Shown here in pieces: positions 12,371 through 25,876 of a stretch of DNA of 64,000 nt; the stretch's first letter is position 1, and every line of letters starts with the position of its first letter. Below the pieces are notes generated by a model, which did not search any database, was not told the DNA's origin, and worked only from the letters and a program-made list of their open reading frames with translations. Made by a program: the position numbers and the translations under genes. The stretch is from NCBI RefSeq assembly GCF_006345805.1, contig NC_043004.1:46810001-46874000 (forward strand), given 5' to 3'. Source of the stretch: Octopus sinensis (Eukaryota).

Positions 12371-12613
12371 TAACTAAAAAAATGTATGATAGATTGCAGT
12401 CAATTCATTCTCTCTTACCTGTTTGTGTCTGCCTTCAAATGCTGTTTTTACTGAGATCTCCCTTTTTAGTAGAAGAAATAGCTATAACCCTTTGACTGCT
12501 ATTTCTAAATTCGGTATGTGGTAAGGCAACTCGTTGCTAAACCCTTATTGCTTAGTATATATATTTATATATATATATATATATAATATATATATATATA
12601 TATAATATATATA

Positions 12614-12654
<41 letters not shown>

Positions 12655-12733
12655 CACACATATATATATATATATATACATAAAACATGTATATATATAT
12701 ACATACACACATATAATATGTGTGTATGCACGC

Positions 12734-15700
12734 ATCCCACAATAACATCAACACCACCAAATAGTAAATCGAAATTCAAAACACACACAACTCGGAGTCC
12801 CAAAATCTGCCGGTATTCCCAACGTGAGAGAACATGTCTACTGAGTGACTGTCCCTTCACTCATCTTCCAGGGACCCGACGCACAAACAGAAACGGGGCC
12901 TCAAGCCAACACACAAACCTGAATAACAATAAAAATAGAAACACACCATGCTGCAGTAATGCTGGTCCAGTCTTTTCAGGAAGACACAAAAACAACAACA
13001 ACAAAAGTGGAAACTACAACCCTATCCAACAGTGCAACCACACCTCCAGCCAAAAACTGCTCCCTAAGCAGGAAAATTCTTTTTTAGCCATGTTGAACAT
13101 GGCAAAAGAGATACACAAAAACATTCTAGCCATCACTCAACACCATCCTATGCTATTACCCCAGTGCACCAATTCCCCACATTGCTGCCACTAACACACA
13201 CAAAAATCCAAGCCCCCTGCAACAGTCAAAACCAGCCACTACACTAACCTCCACATTCCTACTCAATGCACAAGGTGTCAGCCCTTCCATCAATGCACAA
13301 AAATGGAAGGTCCAATTCATTGAAGACTGGGTTGGTAACCATTCACACCACATCCCTTTCTTCATTCTCACTGAGACCCACCTTGACAACTCCCACTTGG
13401 AAGCCGAAGTGAGAGTGAAGAATTTCACAACCATCCGCGCGGATCGTATCGGCAGGAGGAAGGGTGGAACTGCCATTTTCCTGCATGATTCATTTACGGC
13501 AGATGGAAATAGTATATTCTCCAACGGCTACTGTGAATCAGTCACCGTGCACAACAAAGCCAATGACCTGACAGTAATTGGGCTCTATAGGCCGCCCCAA
13601 ACACCCATACTGTGCTTTAAAGAATGCCTTAACAGCATTAAGTGCTTTATCCAACAGTGCCATTCTAGCAACATACTCATGATGGGAGACTTCAATCTAC
13701 CCTGTGTTGACTGGACTACAAACTGTTTGAAACCAAGCACTCCCGCCTCAACCGCTGACAAAGAAGCAGCAGAGTCACTTTTCGACTTTACGAATGAGTT
13801 TTTCTTGTCCCAACTTGTCCTTGCACCAACAAGACATCAGAACATTTTGGACCTAGTGTTTAGTAACCACACTAACACTATACATAACGTTACAGTGGAA
13901 AAAACCCTTCTTTCAGACCATGACATGGTTCTCTGTAACATGAAATTCCACCAGCCGAAAGCTAATCCTAGTGACCTTCCTCCAGCCCACCCATTTGACA
14001 ACATGGATCTCCATAAAGCCAACTGGGATGCAATCAGGAACGAGCTATCAAATGTTGACTGGTCCTTTACACATACACACATCTCCACCAACCATAAAAC
14101 ATCTTGGCAGATCTTTGTAGACACCGTCACAGACATATGTGCAAAACACTCCCCACCAAGACCTGTGAACAAAAAGTGCAGAATCCCCCAAAACAGAAAA
14201 ACCATTATCAGAAAAATAAAAAGAACAAACAAAAAAATTAACAAACTAAAGTACTGCCAACAGCAACACACACATTCGACGGCTATCGCACTGCTTGAAT
14301 CCAAAAAATATAACCTCCAACAATGCATGAAGACCCTCATCAATAACCCTCATCAGCTGAGGAGAAGTGGGCCATTGAAAAAATCAAACTCAACCCCAAA
14401 GTGTTCTTTTCATTTGCGAGGAAACGCAGGGTCACTGTCTCCACTGTAGGCCCTCTAATTGACGAAACTGGCACTCTCCAAGATAATGCCAAATCCATGG
14501 CCGAGATACTGCAGAAACAATACTGCTCTGTTTTCAGCAATCCTGATATGGCCGATCTGGGCTGTATCAGTGATGTCAACCCCCAACACACTATATCGGA
14601 CATAACGTTTTGTGCCCCTGATGTCTTAGCGGCGATAAACGAAAAAACACAATTCAGCAGTAGGCCCCGATAGGTTCCCTGCTTGTGTCCTGAAGGTGTG
14701 TCGACACCAACTTGCATCTCCCCTTGCTAATCTGTGGAGAAACTCACTGGATGCTGGCTATATTCCAAAAAACCTTCTGTCCCAGTCTGTTGTCCCAGTT
14801 TTCAAAAAGGGAAACAAGTCCCTTGCAGTGAATTACCGTCCGATCTCACTCACCTCTCATATCATCAAGGTATTTGAGAGGGTGGTGAGATCTCGAATAA
14901 CCCAATTTCTGGAAAGCAACAGACGGCTGATCTCCAACCAACATGGGTTCCGTAATGGAAGGGACTGCCTAACGCAGCTCCTGCATCACTTTGAGAGCTT
15001 TGGGAGAGGGCTCCAACACCGATGTCATCTACCTTGATTTCAGTAAGGCCTTCGACAGGGTCGATCACAAGATCCTATTGAAAAAACTATCCAACATTGG
15101 TGTCTCTGGAAAGTTACTGAAATGGATTAAGTGTTTCCTGACAGACAGATCTCAACATGTTGTAGTTGAAGGGGTAAAATCAAGCCCAGCCAAAGTCAGT
15201 AGTGGCGTTCCGCAAGGCACTGTGCTGGGCCCACTTCTTTTCATCATTTACATTAATGACATTAATGACATCATCAAGCACAGCAACATAAAAATCTTTG
15301 CAGATGACTCCAAGCTACAGAAGGTCATAAATGAGGCGAGTGACCGGACATGCCTTCAGTCAGATCTACTGGCTGTTATCCAATGGGCAGAAAAAAACAA
15401 TATGCTGCTGAACGAGGATAAATTTGAGCTAATCCACTTTGGAAAAGAGGATGCCCTGAACTCCCATACTCCCTTCCTTCAGGTGAAACTCTCGCGGCGT
15501 CCAACAACATCAGAGACTTGGGTAAGTGTTGGACAACAACGTAAGCTGGGCCACTCATATAAACACCAAAATTGACATGGCCCGCAGAATGTGTTCCTGG
15601 ATTCTCAGAACTTTCCAGTCGAGAGATATCCACACCATTATCCTTCTCTTCTCCACTTTTGCCCGACCCCACCTTGAATACTGTTGTCCACTGTGGTCTC

Positions 15701-16274
15701 CCCACACAATACAAGGTATCATAAAAGTTGAAGCACCTCAAAGGGCAATCACAAAAAAGATAGATGGCATGACAGGCCTCGACTATTGGGGTCGACTAGA
15801 AAAGCTAAAACTCTATTCTCTCCAACGTCGTCGTGAGCGCTACATCATCTGCATGATGTGGAAAATATTCCATCAGCATTGCCCAAATGATGTTGGCATC
15901 ACCTTTAAGGTACATCCAAGGCTTGGGCCCCGTGCCATCCGCCTAAAACAAAAATCGCACTCTCATCTCATAACAACAATACGGCACAATTATTTCACCT
16001 CAATTGGCCCCGCTCTCTTTAACATTACACCAAAACACATTAAAACAGAAACTGACCCTATAGGGTTCAAGAAGTCTTTGGACAGATTCCTTCAAGAAAT
16101 CCCGGATAAACCCCCTACACCCGGATATGTCTCTGTAAACAATAACTCTCTACTTGAGTGGGCCATAGTGCCCAAATTCTGACTTGAAAGACTTCACCAG
16201 GTGGTGCTATTAAGTTAGACATGGCCTGGGCCAATAATGGCCGAACCTATCAAAGTATCAAAGTATCAAAGTAT
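12734..16274 (+). mobile_element. 5'-truncated CR1-like LINE (ORF1 remnant + APE-RT ORF2)
   Basis: APE motifs LTETHL, GLYRPP, MMGDFNLP, LDLVFSN and SDHDMV. RT motifs VPVFKKG..NYRPISLTS, QHGFR, YLDFSKAFDRVDH, SGVPQGTVLGPLLF and FADD. The 3' end is (ATCAAAGT)n. Confidence 0.93.
13200..16182 (+). pseudogene. CR1-like ORF2 (endonuclease + reverse transcriptase), frameshifted
   Basis: One protein spread over ORFs 13397-14449, 14401-14673, 14696-15037, 14991-15575 and 15526-16182. The APE frame stays open upstream of 13397. The start coordinate is approximate. Confidence 0.9.
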
Positions 16275-16308
16275 AAATATATATATATATATACATACAT
16301 AAAACATG

Positions 16309-16339
<31 letters not shown>

Positions 16340-17368
16340 CACACACACACACACCATATATATATATTATATATACATAAAACATGTATATATATATATA
16401 TATCTATATATATATACACATTCAGCAATGTATGTATGGAAACTGTCTGGTCGGATGGCTAGTTATAGGGATTGGAAGAAAGAGAGAGACAAATGCGGTT
16501 CATATATAACATTGCGAATATACTGCAAGTTTAATTATCGTATAGAGTAGGACTACTTTATTTAATACACTACGGAGCGGATATTTTCCGATTAACAAGA
16601 AACCAAAAATCAGCCTTGCGTTAAATTTCCACCGAAGGAATGCTGATTAAATCTATTGAGTTACAATTTTCAGACTTGTGGCTCACCAAAATCAATAAGA
16701 CGTCTAGCACTGACGAAATGGTACAATGTTTCATGTCATGTTACTCTTCCAACCGCAGCTAACACCATCATTTCTTCATTATGATTATCCTGATTCTGAC
16801 GTGAACAAGTACCGTTCCACAAAAGTTCAATATTTCCTTTATTTACATTCCAACATTATGCATCAAATTTATAAGACAAAATCGTTCTTATTATTCAAGG
16901 TGGTGTTTGGCTTCGTGTTTAGCCCCAAACCAATTGTTTTAGAGTTCTGCTCTTCTAACGTCATCGTCTAAGTGGAAAACATCAGACGACAATAACCGCG
17001 TCTTCTATTTGATATCTATTTAAAAGAATGCATCTTCAAGGAGAGCTGGCTTCCCTTTCCAGAGTATCGTCTGTGACACCTGTGGTTGCTTATTAAATTC
17101 ATCTAAGTAGCAAATCAATATGGAATACATGTACGGATTAATATTTAATAAATTCATTTAAATCTTAATATGAGATTTTAAAGCGACACCGGTATGATTG
17201 GAGAAATATGAAATAAAGAAAAAGTTAACTCTATTAAAGGAATTAAATATATTTCATACACAGCTTCCTTAAACATAGAAATATAGTAATATATATTTCC
17301 ATAGCCTGGAAAAAAACATGACATGGGGAAAATCACGAGCTTACAAACAGCAACATCTATGCCCATGT

Positions 17369-17762
17369 ACGCAGGAGTGGTTGTGTGGTAAGTAGCTTGC
17401 TAACCAACCACATGGTTCCGGGTTCAGTCCCACTGCGTGGCATCTTGGGCAAGTGTCTTCTGCTATAGCCCCGGGCCGACCAATGCCTTGTGAGTGGATT
17501 TGGTAGACGGAAACTGAAAGAAGTCTGTCGTATATATGTATATATATATGTGTGTGTGTGTATATGTTTGTGTGTCGGTGTTTGTCCCCCTAGCATTGCT
17601 TGACAACCGATGCTGGTGTGTTTACGTCCCCGTTACTTAGCGGTTCGGCAAAAGAGACCGATAGAATAAGTCCTGGGGTCGATTTGCTCGACTAAAGGCG
17701 GTGCTCCAGCATGGCCGCAGTCAAATGACTGAAACAAGTAAAAGAGTAAAAGAGTAAAGAGT
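17369..17762 (+). mobile_element. SINE family A, near full length (tRNA-like head, internal microsatellite, AAAAGAGT tail)
   Basis: A-box-like TGGTTGTGTGG, B-box-like GGTTCAGTCCC, CTTGGGCAAGTG (reminiscent of CORE-type domains; inference), an internal TA/TG tract and a repeated tail. Confidence 0.9.
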
Positions 17763-17769
17763 ATAATAA

Positions 17770-18000
17770 GGCGGCGAGCTGGCAGAAACGTTAGCACGCC
17801 GGGCGAAATGCGTAGCCGTATTTCGTCTGCCGTTACGTTCTGGGTTCAAATTTCGCCGAGGTCGACTTTGCCTTTCATCCTTTCGGGGTCGATAAATTAA
17901 GTATCAATTACGCACTGGGGTCAATGTAATCGACTCAATCCCTTTGTCCGTCCTTGTTTGTCCCCTCCCTGTTTGTCTCCTTGTGGATAGTAAAGAAATA
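17770..18000 (+). mobile_element. SINE family B, full length with TSD
   Basis: Head GGCGGCGAGCTGGCAGAAACG, B-box-like GGTTCAAAT, central GTCGACTTTGCCTTTCATCCTTTCGGGGTCGATAAA. TATAATAA occurs on both sides. Confidence 0.9.
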
Positions 18001-18347
18001 TATAATAAACATAATATTAACTAAGTATGATATAATTAATGAAGCACATTAATTACCCAGCTGGTAATTTTGGTTATATTCTTTAAGTGTTATTTCGTGA
18101 TGTGCAAACTGATCCCATGAGTTTGCTGTCAGATATACTCAATAAGTTATTTTTTGTATTATCTGAGATAGAATACCCGCATATCGATTAATCTCCAAAA
18201 ATTGAATATTGACTTTTATCAGATAGTTTTTATATTTATAGATAAATAATTAAATATACGATAAATAAGACCCCAAACTATCATATGTAGATGCACATTA
18301 CGCTGTAGGGTTACACCTGATTGATTTGGAAATTTGTCTTCCCAAAA

Positions 18348-18393
<46 letters not shown>

Positions 18394-18644
18394 TTCATGC
18401 ACTCAACCGCGTGCGCGCACACACAAATTATTATTATATTTCTGGATGGTCGTTTTTTTTCTTGCCAAATAAACATACATATTATGTATTTGTTTTTTAT
18501 TTGTTTATCATTGTTCTTATTTCCTCATATGTCCATTGTCTGGAAATCTTTCGTCACAGACTTGAGACTTCTTCAGTGGCTCTTCTATCACACATGCCTC
18601 CTCCCGTTCTGTTTAGTCCATTCTGTATTGCTCTCTATATATAA

Positions 18645-18850
18645 AGTAAGAATCGTTAGCTTGCCGGGTAAAATATTTAGTGATATTTCGTTCGCGTTTA
18701 TATTATGTGTTAAAATCCCGCCGAGTTCGATTTTGCCTTTTATCATTCCGTGGGTCAATAAAGAAGCATTAGTTGAATTCTGGTGTCCGATGTAATCGAC
18801 TTATCAACTTTCCCGAAAATATTGGTGTTGTGACAAAATTTGAAATCAAT
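18645..18850 (+). mobile_element. SINE family B, degraded
   Basis: CGTTAGC..GCCGGG..AAAT..CCGCCGAG.TCGA.TTTGCCTTT.ATC. Confidence 0.7.
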
Positions 18851-20809
18851 ATCTAACGTAAGAATATCAATAATATATGTGACTATAAGACAATGTGAAA
18901 TATGTATTATCTGGATGAATTCATATCCGTGAAACTAACAGTAAGATCTAGCACAGTGCCGGGTAATGAATAGCAACCGAATACTGCATAAAGAAATGCT
19001 TTTACATCAGAAAAGCAGGTATCGCCCATTGGAATATTTATTTCAGTGAAGCAAAATGTATCAGTAATATTCCGGAGTTAATGCAGTCGAAAATAACATA
19101 TTGCAATGTTCTAAGTGAAACCAAATGAATGATGATTCTTTGTATTGACACGGTCTCACGTACACGCAGGTGAAGTATGATATCGATCGAATCAGTAAGA
19201 ATACAATACATGTCTTGTAAAGATTATTATGAACTAAGAATGATGAAAATAAGGTTGTTCACGTTGTAATTTGACCTTAACACTTGACAAGGTGGTGAAG
19301 CATATTATACCCGAATCTATAATGTCTCAGTCAATCCAACAACTAAACCAAGTAAATCAATAACAGATCATTTAAAAGAGAGCCAATCATCTAACGTAAT
19401 ATATAGATTGAAAAGCAAGATGGATTTGTGTGTGCGTGCGTATATGTGTATCTGTGTGTGTGTATGTATGTATAATGCGAGAACGTTGTGAAATTACGTC
19501 AAAAAGGTATATAACTAAGTTTACCGTCTCTTTTTTCTGTATTTATACAGTGTGTATAAATAATGTGATAAAGATAACGCTTCAATAACACGTGGTTCTT
19601 TGTTCGAACCAATTGCACGGCATCTTGGGATTGCATGGTACCTCGAGACACCCCATACTATGAGTGAAACTGACTCGAAGAACAATTACAAAGAACAAAA
19701 TTTGTTGCATGGAAACGGTATGGCTTTGATAAATACATTCTGAATCTGTTTCAGAATGTCGCGGAGGCTAAAACGGAAATACTGAATGTTCGATCAATTA
19801 AAACTTAGTCCAGGAGCAGATACATTCCGTTACACGAACGACCGAGATTCATTAGCAACAAATTTGTATGGATATATCCATGTATACGATGTTTATCTTG
19901 TACTTATATATATATGCATTGATGTACACATGTATATATGTATCACTGAATATTACTGGACAAAAAGTGAAAAATACCTGGTATATCGTTCTGTTTTCCA
20001 GTCCTGTCCAAAGAAAAACTGGATAATGATTTTGAACAAATTAAGGACAATGCTCCACCACAATATAATAACTACAAAATATACAACAAAACTACCGTTA
20101 AGTATTCTTGTTCTTCCGTTATAGCTGCATTTTGCTTCCGTTATAGCTGCAATTAACAGTTACAAATTAAACATTATTTTAGCTGTTACAAGCAGGCAAA
20201 AACAAAATCATAGAGTTAATAATTTTCCATCGGCACATATTCGTTCAAGTAGACTGTATAATAACGACAACAGTTTCAAAGTTGTCATAGTAATCATGAT
20301 AGTACATAGTACAATGATCCGGCTGGTCAGATAAAAATTCATTATTAGTGACAGAAGTGGCACTAATTCAAATGGCATTTTGTATGTTATAGTCAAGTCA
20401 GATATACTGTTTGAAAAGTTTACATTCGCTATTCGTCTCAAGAAAACATCTGGTAATAAAGTTATGTTAAAAAAGAAAACACACACAACCACACAACTAT
20501 AAAAGTAGATTTAAAATGTCTTGCTGTGAAGTTGAATGCACATTTCGAACACATAATGCTTCAGTTTCTAATAACAAGAGTGTGTTCAACCTACTGGATC
20601 GTTGTCACAGAAGTATTTTTTTTTAATTAACGTTTATTTTGCTTTTTTTTTAATCAGCAAAGATGGAATTTGCTTCAGCATTCGGCTGATAATAAAGGAT
20701 TTCTACTAATGACTCTCAGGAAATCCTGAATACGTAATTAGCGTATGTGTGTATATGATTATCGTGCGTGATAATGAAGTAAGAAGTTTGTAGAAAAGAA
20801 AAAGGCTTG

Positions 20810-21690
20810 CTAACGTTTTATTCCTCAAACTATATACCCATATTGCCAATACACTTTTGCCATTTCAGCATTAGCTTGTCCAGCCCGGAACCGTAAAACT
20901 CTGGCAATCTAGAGTCAATAAAATCTTGGAACGCCTGCTTTATAACATCGCCGGAATTAAATTTTTCCTATGAAAAAGTGTTCCAAATTCTGGAAGAAGT
21001 GGTAATCAGTAGGGGCAATTTCAGGTGAGTATGATGATGATAGAGAACTTTCAACTCCAACTGTTGTACTTTCGCCAATGTCATTTTTCCGATGTGTTTT
21101 CTGGCGTTGTGTTGCAATAAAATAGGAGTGTAACTGTTGACTAATCTAGGCTGCATCTTGTAAGTTTCTGCATCATTTCGTCCATTTGGTTGCAGTATAT
21201 TTCGGTCGTGATGGATGAGCCAGGTTTAATGAAATCATAAGGGATCACACCTGCGCCAGACCACCAAACACACATTGTCAACTTCTTTTGATGAATGTTG
21301 ATTTTTGGACCTGTGTTTTGGTGGCTCATCTGTTCCCATCCATTGTGCCGAACGTTTACAGTTGTTTTACTGGGTCCCATTCTCATCACATGTTACAATT
21401 CGGTCCCAAATTTATTAATTTTTATAACAAGAAATTAGCATAATGCAGGCTTCCAAACGTTGTCCTTTATGATTTTCGTTGAATTCTTGTGTAACCCACT
21501 TATCCAAAGCTTTCTCTTTACAGATTTAAACTAGGTGAATCAATAATGTTTGCTTGCTAACATCAAACAACAACGAAAGCACATGGAGATGGATCTGGCT
21601 CGACGGTGGCTTTCATTTCGTCATTATCCATCTTTGTTTCTGGTCGATTGCGTTGCTTATTTGTAAGGTCAAAGTTACAAGAACGGAAGT
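20810..21690 (-). mobile_element. Decayed mariner (HTH tail to C-terminus)
   Basis: RPETKMDNDEMKATVEPDPS, LDKWVTQEF, IVTCDE, WWSGAGVIPYDFIKPG, YSPEIAPTDYHFF, KWQKCI. Confidence 0.85.
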
Positions 21691-22150
21691 TGGAAAAATA
21701 GGATCCACATGAACACATTGAAAATGAGAAACAGCAACGATTGGAAGCCTGCATTATGCTACATTATCGTCGCAAATATGAATCTTTTTTGAATCGAATT
21801 GTAACATGTGATGAGAAATGGATCCAATACAACAACCGTAAAAGACCAGCACAATGGTTAGACAAAGACGAGCCACCGAAACACGGTCGAAAGACCAAAA
21901 TTCATCAAAAGAAGCTGACAGTGTGTGTTTGGTCGTCTGGCGTATGTGTGATCCATTATGATTTCATATAAACCTGGCTCATCAATCAGGGCCGAAGTAT
22001 ACTGCAGCAAACTGGAACAAATGATGCAGAAACTTACAAAAAAAACAGCCTAGAATAGTCAACAGTTACACTCCTATTTTATTGCAACACAACACCAGAC
22101 CACACATCGCAAAAATGACATTGACGAAATTACAGCAGTTGAAATTGGAC
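21691..22150 (+). mobile_element. Decayed mariner fragment, same family as previous, opposite strand
   Basis: FLNRIVTCDEKWIQYNNRKRPAQWLD, HQKKLTVCVW, ILLQHNTRPHIAK. Confidence 0.85.
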
Positions 22151-22669
22151 CAAAGATGAGGGTAAAATTTCAGAAAGGCCAGTACAAAGCCGCCACTACC
22201 AAATTTCACTTGATAGGTGAAAAATTATTTCAGTTTACCACTGGTGACAACATTAACAAAAACGGAAAGACAGATCAAGTTTTATGAGTGAGTGAGGGTG
22301 TGTGTGTATGTATGTATGTGTGTGTATGTGTGTGTGTGTGTGTTGTGTGTGTGTGTGAGTGTGTGTGTGTGTGTTTGCGTGTGTGCATGTAAAATATTCT
22401 ATGATTTCTACATACATTTCGTTTCTTGAAGGCAGCTGTAGCAGATGAGTGTAACAAAGGAGGTCATTCCTAGATTATATTGTCGGGAACAGTGTATTGT
22501 AATCACAAATCGAAGTGTAACGAACAAAATCCTTAGTACATGAGTATTTAATACTTTTATCTCTTTGTAGTTGCGAAAACAATATACATGCATGTTTGGT
22601 TTTCCGTGTATGTGTTTGCATGCGTTCGCGTATACATACATAGTTACACAGCCACGTACACATACGTGC

Positions 22670-23105
<436 letters not shown>

Positions 23106-23112
23106 TGTATAA

Positions 23113-23335
23113 GGCGAGCTGGCAGATGCGTTAGCATGCCGGGAGAAATGCGAAGCCGTATTTCGTCTGTCGTTATGTTCTGAGTTCAAATTCCGCCGAG
23201 GTCGACTTTGCCTTTCATCCTTTCGTGGTCGATAAATTAAGTACCAGTTACGCACTGTGGTCGATGTAATCAACTTAATCCCTTTTTCTGTCCCTTGTTT
23301 GTCCCCTCTGTGTTTAGCCCCTTGTGGGTAGTAAA
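23113..23335 (+). mobile_element. SINE family B
   Basis: Close match to 17770-18000. Confidence 0.9.
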
Positions 23336-23979
23336 AAAAAAAAATATATATATACATACATATATAAATACATATAGATATATACAAATATATATGGATA
23401 TATACATGTATGTATGCGTGCGTATACATACATACACATATAAACGCACACATAGACAATCAGACAGACACATTACGTTTATCGTGTGATTCTGACTTTC
23501 AATTAGTTAGTCCTTATGATTGAGCATGGGTTTCCTTTAGTTTAATTATATTCCTTTCTTTCGCCCATCTGATGCAAAATGCATTTGCAATTGTATGCTT
23601 AATTTAATTTCTATTTATCACATTAGCACGGGAAATCCACGCACAATTCGCTAACGACTGAGAGTCATTTTCCTCGAATGAACTTTATTTGCTGTAATTA
23701 CATTCAAATCCGTTGTGTTCGCGTCGTAACATTTCTTTATTCCGGACAAGCTGTCAATTCTGATTATTGACGTTGTCTTTTATATTGATGGTACGAATAT
23801 CGCTGCCAGTTATATAGAATACACGTTTAAAATGCAGTATCAATATGCATATATTTTCAAATAGATACATAGATATAGATTCCTTGTCTATATACACGCA
23901 CACACATATATATATATGTAATTTACACACTGATACATGCTTCTACCCATCTATAAAATGACGTACTATTTCACAGCTG

Positions 23980-23983
23980 TATG

Positions 23984-24023
<40 letters not shown>

Positions 24024-24222
24024 GTGTGTGCATTTATTTATGCATATATATATATACATACATACATACATATATATGTATATATATGCATATACATATA
24101 TAATATATATATATATTTTTATGCATATATATACATACATATAAATATATATCCTTATGCATATATATATATATATATATATGCATATATATATATATAT
24201 ATATACCATATATGTATATATA

Positions 24223-24263
<41 letters not shown>

Positions 24264-24282
24264 TACACAGTCTCATATATAT

Positions 24283-24352
<70 letters not shown>

Positions 24353-24410
24353 TGACTATATATATATGTATGTGTATGTATATATGTATGTATGTATATA
24401 CATTATGCAT
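23980..24410. repeat. (TA)n-rich microsatellite
   Basis: Long interrupted TA run. Confidence 0.95.
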
Positions 24411-25784
24411 GAGTGTAATTAAATATTTACATAAAATACCCCCACACATATGACTACTCTTGTATATGATTTTTTTCCATGTCTTTCTGGCAACCGCACT
24501 ATTATGATTCCGCTTTCGATGCGCTAAGCTAGATTAAACAGCATTCTTTCAATAGCGGATTACATTATATTTACACATGTTTATTCGTTATTTATCTCAG
24601 TACTATTTGTTATTGTTATTACCTTTTTTTCTTTACACCCTCTTTTGTTTTGCAATTTCTAGTTAATTCTCGCAAATGAAGCGCACTGTATGTGACGTCT
24701 ATCTAATTAGTACTTCATGGTTATTTTTTTACAATGTTTACTTATATTCTACCCCATCCATCCACTCCAAAACATCTTCATTTTCTTCTTTACATCGTTG
24801 TTTATATTTGTTACTGAAGAAGTAGTTACTGCACTGTATTTGTCTTTATTTCTTTTCATTCCACCCTCCTGTCCTTAATTCTACTATTCCATCACCCTTT
24901 ATGTTGTGTTTGTTCATTAGTTTTGTGTTCTTTATTTTTCTTTTCTCCGTCTAATTTTATATCTTCATTTGTTACATCTTCCTTCATTAGTGAACGAATC
25001 AGTTTTTACCTTGAGGAAAAATAACATTCTTGATGTGACCTTGCAACATCTTAGTGATTTTATTGATTATGTTTGTTTGATTTTCTTATTTTATCTCGAT
25101 TTCTGTGATCTCTTTTTATTTTTCTTATTGCTTGCCATCATTCATTCAGTTCTTCCATACCTCTCTTATGATATTTTTTTGTTATTTCCTTTACTATTTA
25201 TTTGTTCTACATTTATTTATTCGGTGGGGTTATTTCGTGACATTCAATAAATCTTCCGAAACAGTGAACTTCATCGTATTACCTCTAAGAATGACTGCGA
25301 ATTATTTAGACTAATGTTTTCGAAAATCAGGTTCCTCCCGGAGCTAAAAGAAACGTAATCGTATTTCTTGTAATTTGTGGTCCGAATATATTGAGTGGAA
25401 GAAAAGAGAAAAGAATTGAGATTTTTACTCCTACATTTATTTATTTATATTACGAAATTATTCACAAACAGAGGTTTAGGCGGAATATTTCTATAAAGAA
25501 ATATCATCAAAGAATCGTGGTGAATTTTAGGTCTTTGTAGTTTTCTTGCATTTTCTGATGAATGATTAAAAGGGGGTTCAGAAGCAAATATATAGCATCA
25601 CGTGGCTTACAGTCAGGACTGGATGTGAATGATAATGCATTCCGAAAGGATAAATTCACTTTGATATCGATACAAGGACAAACGCATTCATATTAAACTA
25701 CTTACGAAAAGTAGTTTTGTCACTTATGGATATACATACCTACATATATATATACATACATATATATATATATATATAATATAT

Positions 25785-25826
<42 letters not shown>

Positions 25827-25844
25827 CATATATATACATATACG

Positions 25845-25876
<32 letters not shown>

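Larger units (their letters stand above)
10899..12557 (+). repeat. Tandem array of ~598-bp units (about 2.8 copies)
   Basis: The anchor CTTGTTTTGGCTACACGCGGG occurs at 10899, 11496 and 12095. Copies differ mainly by single-base indels, and there is no ORF. Confidence 0.97.

Noticed and set aside
13156-15741. Minus-strand ORFs over the CR1 element (and ORFs overlapping the RTE on other frames)
   Set aside because: They are antisense or off-frame shadows of the retrotransposon ORFs with no independent motifs.
16668-16735. Possible micro-exon (TTTTCAG|ACTTG...AATG|GTACAA)
   Set aside because: The donor is weak, it is too short to assess, and there is no recognisable protein or partner exon.
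17369-17445. SINE heads as tRNA genes
   Set aside because: A- and B-box-like motifs are present, but I could not fold a cloverleaf, and each head continues into a SINE body.
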